A stretch of 64,000 nt of DNA from IMG/VR virus record IMGVR_UViG_3300045988_019905. The stretch is one strand, 5' to 3'. Positions 19,144-28,626 of this stretch are shown here, piece after piece (the first letter of the stretch is position 1; every line of letters begins with the position of its first letter). Origin of the DNA: a virus. The position numbers and the translations under genes were made by a program. Below the pieces are notes generated by a model. That model made no database searches. It was not told the origin of the DNA and saw only the letters and a list, made by a program, of their open reading frames with translations.

Positions 19144-22100
19144 TTAATAACATTGTATATCGTCAATATTTATAGTTTTATTTTCATCTCTAAAGATAAA
19201 TCTAATAGCAAAATACTTACCAACGATAAGTTTATTATCAAGTTTACTAAGTTGTTTATTGACTTCGTTATACTTACCTGTATGTCTATCAATAGGCGGT
19301 ACAGTCTTTATCTCTTTGATTACATTTCTGAACCAGTTCATAAACCATATGCCATATCTGTAATACGGGTGCTTGTAATCTTTCATACTTTCCTTTGGCT
19401 TACTAATGTCAACATAATCAGAGAAACAACAATTAGTATATATCACAAGTTCATCTCCACAATAATTATCATTACGTTCTTTATTAATAATATAACTAAT
19501 ATAATTAAGAACAGTATCCATATTCTGATTATTAAATATCACATCAATAAACGAATAAGGAACTATATGAGTATTAATAATACCATCTTCTTCATCAAGT
19601 TCTTCAATAGTTTTAAACTCACCATTAAAGTAATTAGATGTATTATCAATAAGATTAATATAGTTATTGAATTTAGCAAAATTGAATTTGTCTATTGTGG
19701 ATTCATTAGCAAAATAAACATTATCTTTAGTATTAAACAAATAGTCATACCAATAAGTATGAGTACTTATCCAAGCCTTATGAAGAAAACTATAAGATAT
19801 AGCAAACATTTGTTCTGTGTCACCGGACTTAACTTTACCAAGACAAAGAAGTCTAACGTTCTTTTCATCAATAGCAAAGTTTATATCAGTAACTTCTTTT
19901 GTAAGAAGATTCTTAAATCCAGCTGTTATATCTTCAAGATTATTCTCGTCATAACGATATAGTTTTCGAGCATCATTATCATAAAAGATATAACCATAAT
20001 TACTACAAATAAATTGACCATGTTTCTGAATACCAGCATAACCTTTATTACTTGTAAACACTTCAACATAATCAATACCAAAAGCATCAGGTATAACAAG
20101 TTGTACATCTTTATTCTCTGTCTTCATTGAACTATCTCTGTTAAATATAAACATTGAATGTTCACAATGAGCAATAAGATAACTACCAATACCAACAACA
20201 TTAACAATATTACCTTTGTTTTCAGCAATAACTTTATATTCTTCAGCTCTAAATGTTCTCCAATTATTTTCTACATTTTCATCACTAATTACATCACTAC
20301 GACGAATCGTTTTCTTATAATTAGTAACATAATTAGAATAAACATCTTTATTAAATGAAGTTAGAACTTTATCAGTATAATCATAATAAGCACTATTAAG
20401 CTCAAATAAATTATCAACTTTATCCGGTACAATATTCTTATTAGTATGATTATGACTCCAATTAGTATTTCCACTACCATCTGTGTGATAATAAGTAAAT
20501 GCTCTTGTTACAGGTTCTGTCTTAAGAGTTCGACAATGATACATATAACGAGAAACAAAAGGAAAACCAATTTTAATAATATGAAAACCATACATATGAA
20601 AGAAGTTATTAGCAGGCCAATTTTCTGTAGGAAGATTAGGATAATAATATTGACCATTATCTCCACGTAGAGGATAAGGACTGCCATCAGTTAGTATAAG
20701 ACCACATACTGGTATAGTAACTAATTCATATTTAAAGTTTCTTCTTGTAGTACCATTTGAATCTTGAATCTCATATTTATCAGTATAAACATAATAATCA
20801 TAATCATATTTAATACTCGAAGACGAACCATAAGTATAACCTCCGGGTTTATTCTCTATATATTCATCATAAGCAATATAACCAAGACTTATAAGTTTCT
20901 TATTAGTATTAGTATATATTTCATTAGTATAATTATATAGAAGTCCCATACGTTTATAAGTGTATGTTGTAATACGATTATTAATATCAATACCTTTTAC
21001 AGGAGTAAAGTTTGTATCTCTATTAAGAGTAAAGTTAATACGGGCAGGCGAACCATTATATACTTCTCCGGGATTCTGAATATTTTTATTTACAACAGCA
21101 TAAAGTCCATCATATTGAGCATCATAACTATCATCCCATGGACTATTACTAAGATAATAACCTCCATAATAATTAGTACCATATAATCCAACTTCTTTAT
21201 TATATCCAACAGTATAAGTAAATGGAGCACCAAGTTTTATAAAATTAAAAGCATTTGCCCCAACAGTTACAAAGTCTTGGAAATAAGCAGAACCACTTCT
21301 TGATATAACACTAATATTTTGGTCAATAGAACCAACAATAGCACGAGCACAAAGAATAGGCTCTGTTTCTTCATAGCTTATAAAGTATCCTATAAAGTCT
21401 TTATACATTGGTATATTAGAGAATTTAAAATATCCATAAGCTATATCTGTTCCATTATTTACACTTGAAATTGGTCTAAAGAATGTTTCTCCTCTATTAT
21501 TACGATATGGAGTTGTATTATTAGAACTATATGAATCAGGAAATACATTAATAAAATATATATCTTGAATATCATCAGTAAATATTTTAGTAACAGCATG
21601 AGCATTAGTAGTATCTGTAACTCCATTATTCTTAGAATAGGTTTTGCAATCTTCAATAGTAGTGTCATTATTAATTGTATAATATACATAACTACCATCT
21701 GCTTTCTTACCAAGATTAATATTATAATTAACTTTTACATTATTATTTATTCTAATACCATCTGTATAAGAACCATTAGGATAAACATAATGAATAAAGA
21801 AATTATATACATTTTCAGTAATAGCCCATTTTCTATCAGGAGAAGCAACATAACTATTAATTAGAATACGGTCATTATAAGCAATATTATAAACATTAAT
21901 ATATTGACCAGCAGTATAACCATTATCAAGTTTAACACTCGATGTACGATACTGCCATATATTTACACGTTGAGTATATACAGTAGGGTCAACATCATTA
22001 AAATCAAAAATTATCTCTGTATTCTTTCTATTATTAAAATCTGGAATATTAATAATAACTCCACGATAAGCATATATAGCTTCTGAATAATTACTTTCAG

Positions 22101-23679
22101 CATATCTCCCAACATCAGCTTTACGAAAAGCTATATAAATATTATCAATATTTCCATAAAACAATTGTGTATCCTCATCATTATAAGGAGTAAAACGAAG
22201 AAACGCAGTATCATCTTTAAGGATACCACGCGCTCTATAATATTCTTTAATAGGAATAAGAATACAATAATCTAAATCAACACCAATAGTATTAGCATCA
22301 ATTTGAGTTCTATTATAAATTCCAACTTCATATACTTGACAATCTGTCATATATACTTTAGTAGAATTACTAAGAGCTTGGATATAACATTTATATTCTT
22401 TATCTAATTCAAAATCTGAATTAACAGGTTTTCTATCAGGGTTATTCCAAACATATTCAATAGCATTAGCTCTTCCAATTATACCATTGATAGGAAGATT
22501 AGCAGTATCTATCTTTGCAGAAAATGGTTCAGTTAGTTCTTCAAATTCAGCATCTTCAACTTTATTTTCTTCTCCGCCACTACGACTACGACCAAAGAAA
22601 TCTACAAAATCATCAATACTTGCTTGTTTAACAAAACTAACTTCTATACCACTTGTATCAATTTGGTCTACTACACTATTAGCATTTTCTTCTATATAAT
22701 CAGCTACATAAAGTCTATTCTGATAATTACATAGAGTATTGACATTATAAAGATTGAAGAAAGTAGACGTCATTTCGTCTATACTAATAGTATATTTATC
22801 ATCTTGTTTATTAGTAAGATTATAGATATTATTACCTATATCAGTTTTACCTTCAACAATAGCAATAGTTTCATGTTTAACAGTAGTAAGTACATATCCA
22901 ATCTGATAATACTTATAAGTATTGGTCTTATCAAATATATCAATAACAAGTTGAATAGTCTTAGAGTTCTTTTCAGAAGTAGAGGAATATTCATCTTTAA
23001 GAATAACATTAGCCATATAATTAGTATTATCACTATTTTTATATGCTACATACCAAGAGTTTTCAAGCTCTTTAACAGCAACTTCATTATAGACTATAAT
23101 GGGAGCACCTAATTTAAACCAATGAGTATAATCATATTCATTATTAAAGAATCTAATAAATAGAGCATAAGTTCCATTATATATAAGTCCGGAACCATTA
23201 ACAAGATTATAAGCTCTAAGATTATAATTAGGAATAGGAGGATTCAAAGTATATTTACTTTCATCTCCAAAATTATCATAATTTGGTTCATCAAGATTAA
23301 TACTTTTAAGAGGAACTCTTCCAATAGGATTATGTTCACTAATAGCAACAATAAGTTCATTATTGACATTGTAAGTATAGTCTCCAAATACTCGACCACC
23401 ACCCCAAGTCCAATTGGTTACAACTTCTTTTTGAGTTCCCTCTTTTTCATTATATCTAATAATCCTATTCTTATTTGTAAAAAGAATAAATTCATTAGAA
23501 CAAGCAATATGACCAACAATTAATTCTCCATCTGGAAGAGCAACAAATTCTTCAATGGCATTTTCATTCTGAATACCACCATTATCAGTATTAACAACGA
23601 TATTACTCGCATGAGCAAGAGTTCCACTTTCAAGAAACTCTATATCATTGTCTGTGTCAAGTCTTTTATTAATTTCCAT
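19144..23679 (-). CDS. Large virion structural protein (1511 aa), probably a tail component
   Basis: Seen: ATG at 23679 and an uninterrupted 1511-aa ORF rich in Y/N/T, with a beta-rich composition. The function is inferred from size and position only. Confidence 0.7.
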   Translation of the reverse strand: MEINKRLDTDNDIEFLESGTLAHASNIVVNTDNGGIQNENAIEEFVALPDGELIVGHIACSNEFILFTNKNRIIRYNEKEGTQKEVVTNWTWGGGRVFGDYTYNVNNELIVAISEHNPIGRVPLKSINLDEPNYDNFGDESKYTLNPPIPNYNLRAYNLVNGSGLIYNGTYALFIRFFNNEYDYTHWFKLGAPIIVYNEVAVKELENSWYVAYKNSDNTNYMANVILKDEYSSTSEKNSKTIQLVIDIFDKTNTYKYYQIGYVLTTVKHETIAIVEGKTDIGNNIYNLTNKQDDKYTISIDEMTSTFFNLYNVNTLCNYQNRLYVADYIEENANSVVDQIDTSGIEVSFVKQASIDDFVDFFGRSRSGGEENKVEDAEFEELTEPFSAKIDTANLPINGIIGRANAIEYVWNNPDRKPVNSDFELDKEYKCYIQALSNSTKVYMTDCQVYEVGIYNRTQIDANTIGVDLDYCILIPIKEYYRARGILKDDTAFLRFTPYNDEDTQLFYGNIDNIYIAFRKADVGRYAESNYSEAIYAYRGVIINIPDFNNRKNTEIIFDFNDVDPTVYTQRVNIWQYRTSSVKLDNGYTAGQYINVYNIAYNDRILINSYVASPDRKWAITENVYNFFIHYVYPNGSYTDGIRINNNVKVNYNINLGKKADGSYVYYTINNDTTIEDCKTYSKNNGVTDTTNAHAVTKIFTDDIQDIYFINVFPDSYSSNNTTPYRNNRGETFFRPISSVNNGTDIAYGYFKFSNIPMYKDFIGYFISYEETEPILCARAIVGSIDQNISVISRSGSAYFQDFVTVGANAFNFIKLGAPFTYTVGYNKEVGLYGTNYYGGYYLSNSPWDDSYDAQYDGLYAVVNKNIQNPGEVYNGSPARINFTLNRDTNFTPVKGIDINNRITTYTYKRMGLLYNYTNEIYTNTNKKLISLGYIAYDEYIENKPGGYTYGSSSSIKYDYDYYVYTDKYEIQDSNGTTRRNFKYELVTIPVCGLILTDGSPYPLRGDNGQYYYPNLPTENWPANNFFHMYGFHIIKIGFPFVSRYMYHCRTLKTEPVTRAFTYYHTDGSGNTNWSHNHTNKNIVPDKVDNLFELNSAYYDYTDKVLTSFNKDVYSNYVTNYKKTIRRSDVISDENVENNWRTFRAEEYKVIAENKGNIVNVVGIGSYLIAHCEHSMFIFNRDSSMKTENKDVQLVIPDAFGIDYVEVFTSNKGYAGIQKHGQFICSNYGYIFYDNDARKLYRYDENNLEDITAGFKNLLTKEVTDINFAIDEKNVRLLCLGKVKSGDTEQMFAISYSFLHKAWISTHTYWYDYLFNTKDNVYFANESTIDKFNFAKFNNYINLIDNTSNYFNGEFKTIEELDEEDGIINTHIVPYSFIDVIFNNQNMDTVLNYISYIINKERNDNYCGDELVIYTNCCFSDYVDISKPKESMKDYKHPYYRYGIWFMNWFRNVIKEIKTVPPIDRHTGKYNEVNKQLSKLDNKLIVGKYFAIRFIFRDENKTINIDDIQCY

Positions 23680-23731
23680 ATAGATTGACTTATTTTAAAG
23701 CCCGCACAGCCATTATCTCGATTCGACTTGA

Positions 23732-23869
23732 TTAGTTCATTGATATAAAAAATATCTCTGAATAGAGGTCAAAAGAATTAGGTCTACGGACGTCATTTAC
23801 GGGTACGCACCGGATAGTGAAAACATACAGCCCGTTTACTACTTTGATAAGTTCTACATTATCATTCAT
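23732..23869 (-). CDS. Possible small ORF (45 aa) in a 196-nt gap
   Basis: Seen: ATG at 23869, 7 nt after the stop of the upstream gene, encoding MNDNVELIKVVNGLYVFTIRCVPVNDVRRPNSFDLYSEIFFISMN, with stop at 23732. It is below the length cut-off of the track. It overlaps two degenerate half-copies of the GC-rich motif (TCTACGG and TTACGGG, about 23782-23806). Confidence 0.25.
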   Translation of the reverse strand: MNDNVELIKVVNGLYVFTIRCVPVNDVRRPNSFDLYSEIFFISMN

Positions 23870-23875
23870 AGTATC

Positions 23876-24784
23876 TCAACGTTTAGGAAAAGTATAATTA
23901 TAGAAATAACTTCTCCAAGCATTACTATCATCATTACCTGTTTGTTTCTGCATATCAACAATCACTCCGGCTCTTGCTTTATCTTTAAGTTGCATCCACT
24001 GATAATAAGGATTAGTACCATACTGACTTGCATTAAGATTAAATACCGGATGCTTCATACCACGACATAACATCTTATACATACAGTAAAAACCAATAGC
24101 TTCAATAAGAATACCATTATTAGGTATAACAGGTACATCACATTTATAATAATCACTATATTCAGTTTCAACTTCAAGAGATTCAATCTCTATACAATCA
24201 GCATCATAATTAAGTTCAATAGTATCTCCACAAATAAGGACATAGTTTCTATCTTCACTTCCCTTACGGGGGGTAGAATAAATCTCCTCATGTACAATAT
24301 GTTGATAAGCAGGTACATCACTATTAGTATGAATTGCAACAGAACCATAAGTTTCTTTACCAGTATAACCGGTATCCACAACTGATACTCTATCAGACGC
24401 TCCACAATCACAAGGAGGATAAACAACACAATCAGGATTATCTCTATCAGTAGGTTTATTATAATACCCTTGACCAGATGGGCGACCCCCCGTAGAGGGT
24501 GTGCAGGAACAATCCTTACTCCCACCGGTAAGCCGTTTAATCTCACAACCATTACTATCATATACTTTAAGTTCTCTGTCACTAAGTGGACAATAACTAC
24601 GAGCTATACGATTAGTAACATTAAGTTTTCGTCTCTTAGGAACATACCTAAGGACATCAAGCTGACTCATTGCATCAATAGTCCAAGCAATAACACGAGG
24701 AATCCAGTCACTACCATCAGGATTAAAATCGTTGTCTATTTTGGCTATTATGCGCTCCACGCTTGTATTTACATTGTTCAACAT
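23876..24784 (-). CDS. Cys-rich virion protein (302 aa), function unknown
   Basis: Seen: ATG at 24784, overlapping the 3' end of the upstream gene by 62 nt. It carries two oppositely oriented copies of the GC-rich motif. Confidence 0.65.
   Translation of the reverse strand: MLNNVNTSVERIIAKIDNDFNPDGSDWIPRVIAWTIDAMSQLDVLRYVPKRRKLNVTNRIARSYCPLSDRELKVYDSNGCEIKRLTGGSKDCSCTPSTGGRPSGQGYYNKPTDRDNPDCVVYPPCDCGASDRVSVVDTGYTGKETYGSVAIHTNSDVPAYQHIVHEEIYSTPRKGSEDRNYVLICGDTIELNYDADCIEIESLEVETEYSDYYKCDVPVIPNNGILIEAIGFYCMYKMLCRGMKHPVFNLNASQYGTNPYYQWMQLKDKARAGVIVDMQKQTGNDDSNAWRSYFYNYTFPKR
24253..24273 (-). repeat. Copy of the GC-rich dispersed motif
   Basis: Seen: the minus strand reads CCCCCCGTAAGGGAAGTGAAG. 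Sense orientation in the 302-aa CDS, translated ...YSTPRKGSED... Confidence 0.75.
24486..24507 (+). repeat. Copy of the GC-rich dispersed motif
   Basis: Seen: the plus strand reads CCCCCCGTAGAGGGTGTGCAGG. Antisense orientation in the 302-aa CDS, translated ...CSCTPSTGGRPSG... Confidence 0.8.
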
Positions 24785-25688
24785 TTCTAATATATTTTAA
24801 ATAAGCAGTTTTATCAACAATGTTATATATCACAAGTTTAGCACGAATATCTAATCTAAGATTAAGAACTGAATCACGAGTTGGACATTGACTGGCAATC
24901 TCTTCATAACTCTTACCACGAAGTTCTTTATGAATATATTCAGTATGTTCAAATTGAATATTCTGACGAGCTACATATCTATTATTAACAACACAAATAT
25001 CATAAAATGTAGGAGTTTTCTTATAAACAATATAAGGAACACCATCATATTTAATACCTCTAAGTTTATATACCTCAGCCATCTTCTTACTATATGGAGT
25101 TTTACCTTCGGCAATCAACTTAGCTTTAGCTTCATTAGTAGCTTTATAATCAATAAAGTTTTTCTTAATCTTATCTTCGTCGCTATACTTCCAACGGTTT
25201 ATCATTAAATCTCCAAGACCATAACCATATTGATAAGCATATCCCTCTAAGCAACATTTCTGTACACCATACTGATAAAACTTAGCAATATAATCACGAT
25301 ATTTAGAGAACTTAAGTTTAGAACGTTTCTCTGCAAGTTTAATAGCTGTATTAATAGCTCTACATTTCTTAAGAAGATTACAATACTTAATGATTTGTAG
25401 AAGTACTATTCGTTCTTGTCCCTCTTGATAAACTTCAAGTTTAGAATAAACTTTATTAAGAAGAGTTTCATCAGGATTATATTGACCTATTACCCATTCT
25501 GTCTTATAATCTGACATTGAAATGCCAATATTCTTAGATATAAAACCAAGACGTTCAGTAATAAATTCTCTGATATTACCTTTGACTTTAACAGCTGTAT
25601 CATATTCTTCTTGAAACTTCTTAATATCACTATTAGCATCTTCGAGATACTTTTTATAATAATGCTTTATTTCAATATCTGGAACCAT
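24723..25688 (-). CDS. Hypothetical virion-module protein (321 aa)
   Basis: Seen: ATG at 25688 and a 321-aa ORF. I recognise no motif. Confidence 0.65.
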   Translation of the reverse strand: MVPDIEIKHYYKKYLEDANSDIKKFQEEYDTAVKVKGNIREFITERLGFISKNIGISMSDYKTEWVIGQYNPDETLLNKVYSKLEVYQEGQERIVLLQIIKYCNLLKKCRAINTAIKLAEKRSKLKFSKYRDYIAKFYQYGVQKCCLEGYAYQYGYGLGDLMINRWKYSDEDKIKKNFIDYKATNEAKAKLIAEGKTPYSKKMAEVYKLRGIKYDGVPYIVYKKTPTFYDICVVNNRYVARQNIQFEHTEYIHKELRGKSYEEIASQCPTRDSVLNLRLDIRAKLVIYNIVDKTAYLKYIRNVEQCKYKRGAHNSQNRQRF

Positions 25689-25694
25689 AAGAGA

Positions 25695-26405
25695 TTATCT
25701 ATTTAGTAAATTATCAGTAGGAACTTCATTAGTCTCTCTTGGTACTTGAAGAAGATTACGTTTAAAGATAATATCCTTAATAGCACCAACCATATCTTCC
25801 GGCAATAAGAACTCATCATCGTCAAACATATCGTCTGTATCAATATTATAACCGGAAGTATCTTTCTTACTCTCATGAGTTTCTATTTCAATAAGATGTG
25901 GAGTTTCAAATACAGATTCCACAACAATAGCATTAACAGTCTTAAACCAAACAGCAGTATTATCTTTAGTAAAGAAATAAATATACTCATTGATATAATC
26001 CCAACAAGGAAGATTACACATACCAACTAAATGAGTATAAAACTTAGCACTTGCTTCTTTAGCAAAAGGAAGTTCATGATTATCATAACCAGCAGTACGA
26101 ACACTTTGGAATGGCAGATTATTCGTAAGTCTAACAGGACGTGGAACTTTCTGAGCTGTTCGTTTAATTGGCTTAATCATATATTCAGCACTATTATGAA
26201 AATCCCCATCGGGAACATCAATAAGACTCAACTTAACTCTTTGTTGAAGTCCTTTATCAACATATCTATTATTCTCAAAACTACGTCTGATAAGTTCATT
26301 ACGAGTATGAAGAATAGCATATTTAATATTCCTACGTAGAGGAACATTATTAGGTTGCCCAACAGCATGAGCAATCTCTGAAATTAATTGATTGATAGAT
26401 GACAT
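25695..26405 (-). CDS. Hypothetical virion-module protein (236 aa)
   Basis: Seen: the track ORF starts at a non-ATG codon (26444). The first ATG is at 26405 (MSSINQLISEIAH...). It is preceded by a promoter-like box and a terminator (next two features). Confidence 0.65.
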   Translation of the reverse strand: MSSINQLISEIAHAVGQPNNVPLRRNIKYAILHTRNELIRRSFENNRYVDKGLQQRVKLSLIDVPDGDFHNSAEYMIKPIKRTAQKVPRPVRLTNNLPFQSVRTAGYDNHELPFAKEASAKFYTHLVGMCNLPCWDYINEYIYFFTKDNTAVWFKTVNAIVVESVFETPHLIEIETHESKKDTSGYNIDTDDMFDDDEFLLPEDMVGAIKDIIFKRNLLQVPRETNEVPTDNLLNR

Positions 26406-26453
26406 AATTAGCAGTATTACTTGTAAGAAGATTAGCAACTCCATCTACTCTTA

Positions 26454-26461
26454 CAAATATA
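26454..26461 (-). promoter_or_regulatory. Bacteroidota-type -7 promoter box TATATTTG (TAnnTTTG)
   Basis: Seen: the minus strand reads TATATTTG, 49 nt upstream of the ATG at 26405 and directly downstream of a terminator. Established: the Bacteroides primary-sigma promoter consensus is -33 TTTG and -7 TAnnTTTG. The -33 element here is poor. Confidence 0.35.
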
Positions 26462-26510
26462 CCTTTTTAAAATTAACTTCCAAGTGTTTACCAAAATTTT
26501 ATAGTTGGTT

Positions 26511-26554
26511 AAAACAAAGAAAGCGGCAGCACGTTATCTCAACGTACTACCGCT
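26511..26554 (-). terminator. Strand-specific intrinsic terminator after the 168-aa gene
   Basis: Seen: the minus-sense sequence is AGCGGTAGTACGTT-gagat-AACGTGCTGCCGCT followed by TTCTTTGTTTT. The stem is 14 bp and includes two G-U pairs. Those pairs exist only in the minus-sense RNA and would be A-C mismatches on the other strand. Confidence 0.6.
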
Positions 26555-26577
26555 TCACCTTTAGTATGAACACCTCT

Positions 26578-27084
26578 TTAAATCTCTTTGAAATAATTCC
26601 ATACTTTACCAGCACCAGCATCTTCATCTTTAAACCAAAAGTTAATTGCTGAATAAATTACTTTTTCATCAAGTTGTTCTTCTGTAAGATTAGGAAACCA
26701 ATCTTGGTATAAACGAACATAGTCATGGTATTGTGCATTAACTGCAACATAAACATCCCAATAAGTAATTTCTCGATTAATATTACGAACGTGTTTATCA
26801 TAAATAGCTTTAGCGTCTTCAACAGTAAAGACTTCTCCACGACAAACAATACCATTAGCTTTAGTATGATACATACTACAAACTTGGTAAGTAGCATAGA
26901 CTTCATCAAAATGAGGACCACGAAGTCTTTCATGGAACTCGCGCATAGCATCCCAAAAAGCAGTTTTGTTATGGTCTTCTACATAATCAAAAGCTTCATG
27001 AAAACCCTTGATAGCTTCAAGTAGTTCTCCTTGTGGAATAGTTGCTATATTGTAACCTTTAATAATCTCTTTATAATGATGCAT
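26578..27084 (-). CDS. Hypothetical protein (168 aa)
   Basis: Seen: ATG at 27084, with clean coding composition. No motif recognised. Confidence 0.65.
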   Translation of the reverse strand: MHHYKEIIKGYNIATIPQGELLEAIKGFHEAFDYVEDHNKTAFWDAMREFHERLRGPHFDEVYATYQVCSMYHTKANGIVCRGEVFTVEDAKAIYDKHVRNINREITYWDVYVAVNAQYHDYVRLYQDWFPNLTEEQLDEKVIYSAINFWFKDEDAGAGKVWNYFKEI

Positions 27085-27085
27085 A

Positions 27086-27460
27086 TCACTTAGATGTTAG
27101 AGTTTCTTTGAAAGCATTAAGGTCATTAGTATCAAGTTCTATTACTTTATCAATAAGTGGAATCTTAACACGAATAGTGCCATTACCGATTTCAACACCA
27201 CCAAGAACTTCTGGATACTTCTTGACTTGAGCAACGAGAAGATTATCTGCCGTTTCATTTATGATTCCCTCAATATCAACCATACCATTATCATCCTGTG
27301 CAAGTTTCAGAAGAGAATCAAATTTAGCAATATTATTATTAATAACTCTTGCTATATATGGACGAGCAATGAGAACAACAGGATTAGTACTTGACAATTC
27401 AGATAGTTTAGCATTTGCAAAGCCAACTACTTTATCTATTATGACTTTTCTTTCAACCAT
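27086..27460 (-). CDS. Hypothetical protein (124 aa)
   Basis: Seen: ATG at 27460, tightly packed against its neighbours. Confidence 0.65.
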   Translation of the reverse strand: MVERKVIIDKVVGFANAKLSELSSTNPVVLIARPYIARVINNNIAKFDSLLKLAQDDNGMVDIEGIINETADNLLVAQVKKYPEVLGGVEIGNGTIRVKIPLIDKVIELDTNDLNAFKETLTSK

Positions 27461-27463
27461 AGT

Positions 27464-28183
27464 TTATTTACCATTTACATTTTTAATAAATTCAGCATAA
27501 GTAAGATTAGGATTAGCTTGAGTCGCTATTTGAAACTTCTTGAAAAGTTCAGCTTCTTTATTAGCTTCTTCTACAATCTTAGCTTTCTTATCTTTTATGT
27601 TTTTAAGCTGCATATCCAGCAACTCTTTACCACGAGGACTATTAGAAACTTTACCTTTAACAGAATTGATAAGTTCTTGCTGTATTAAAAATTGAAGTTC
27701 TTGTTCAATACCAGCATAAGTTTGGTCTTGTGCAAGAATTTGTTTTTGGTCATTAGTAAGAGAAGCAATCTCTTTATCTATTTCTTCCCATACATTAACT
27801 TGTGGTTGAGCAGCAACAGCAGGTGGAATAAGTTGAGTACGAATCTTATTAAGACGTTCTATCTCTTGATTAACGGCTGTAAAGTAATCTTCGTTTGGAT
27901 TAACTCTTCCACCAAGTAGTGGGTCAACTTGACCTAAATTGAATTGATATTGTGGAGTCATAACGAAAGGTATTATATGTCTGTGCCATTTACAAAATCC
28001 AAATGTATAACTACAAACATAAAGTATAGTTATATTTGCTATTGAATTACCAAGAAGAAAATCACCAATATAATCAAATTCAAGATTAACATCATACTTA
28101 TATAAAGTGTTATTAACAAGCATGCCCACCAGTTGTATGGTGGGCATATATTTAATCAGTAATACAAATAGTTTCTTCATCAT
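27464..28183 (-). CDS. Protein with a hydrophobic N-terminal region and a coiled-coil C-terminal half (239 aa)
   Basis: Seen: ATG at 28183. The N-terminal ~70 aa are hydrophobic. The C-terminal half has heptad-like Q/E/K-rich sequence. Confidence 0.65.
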   Translation of the reverse strand: MMKKLFVLLIKYMPTIQLVGMLVNNTLYKYDVNLEFDYIGDFLLGNSIANITILYVCSYTFGFCKWHRHIIPFVMTPQYQFNLGQVDPLLGGRVNPNEDYFTAVNQEIERLNKIRTQLIPPAVAAQPQVNVWEEIDKEIASLTNDQKQILAQDQTYAGIEQELQFLIQQELINSVKGKVSNSPRGKELLDMQLKNIKDKKAKIVEEANKEAELFKKFQIATQANPNLTYAEFIKNVNGK

Positions 28184-28280
28184 TTGCTATTACCCGGTTT
28201 CTTAGGACCAGTAGTCCCTGTACCTTTGTTTGGTCTTCCTTTTGCCATAGCTTTAGGAATTTTAATTGGTTAAACATTTG

Positions 28281-28607
28281 TTATTTCATACAGTCGTCCA
28301 CTTGTTTGTATCCTATACCAAATTTCATAAAGATAGGACGTAGAATCCAACTCCAAAATATAGGAGTAAGAATAGCAGAATTAAGTAGTACAATTTTATT
28401 ATCATAATCAAGAGCAAGATAAACAGCAGTAACTACTACGATAGACACAAGAAGAATTGTGCGTTTTAACCATGTAGGAACTTTAGCATCACCATTAAAA
28501 TAATCTACTACTTTAATCAGTATGTAGGTAAGGACGTTCACTATGAACACATAAGCGAAATCAAAGTTATTAATAATTTGCTTAATTACAATATCTATAT
28601 AATCCAT
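28281..28607 (-). CDS. Small membrane protein with three predicted transmembrane segments (108 aa), holin-like topology
   Basis: Seen: the track ORF starts at a non-ATG codon. The first ATG is at 28607 (MDYIDIVIKQ...). There are three hydrophobic stretches (FAYVFIVNVLTYILIKVV, TILLVSIVVVTAVYLAL, IVLLNSAILTPIFWSWILRPIF). The holin role is inference only, and the gene is not adjacent to the endolysin. Confidence 0.5.
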   Translation of the reverse strand: MDYIDIVIKQIINNFDFAYVFIVNVLTYILIKVVDYFNGDAKVPTWLKRTILLVSIVVVTAVYLALDYDNKIVLLNSAILTPIFWSWILRPIFMKFGIGYKQVDDCMK

Positions 28608-28626
28608 ATCTAAAATTATTTTTAAA

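Noticed and set aside
24723-24784. The 62-nt overlap between the 321-aa and 302-aa genes as a possible frameshift fusion.
   Set aside because: Both ORFs have proper ATG starts and stops. There is no slippery heptamer in the overlap. Simple overlap is the more economical explanation, although the true start of the 302-aa gene is unverified.
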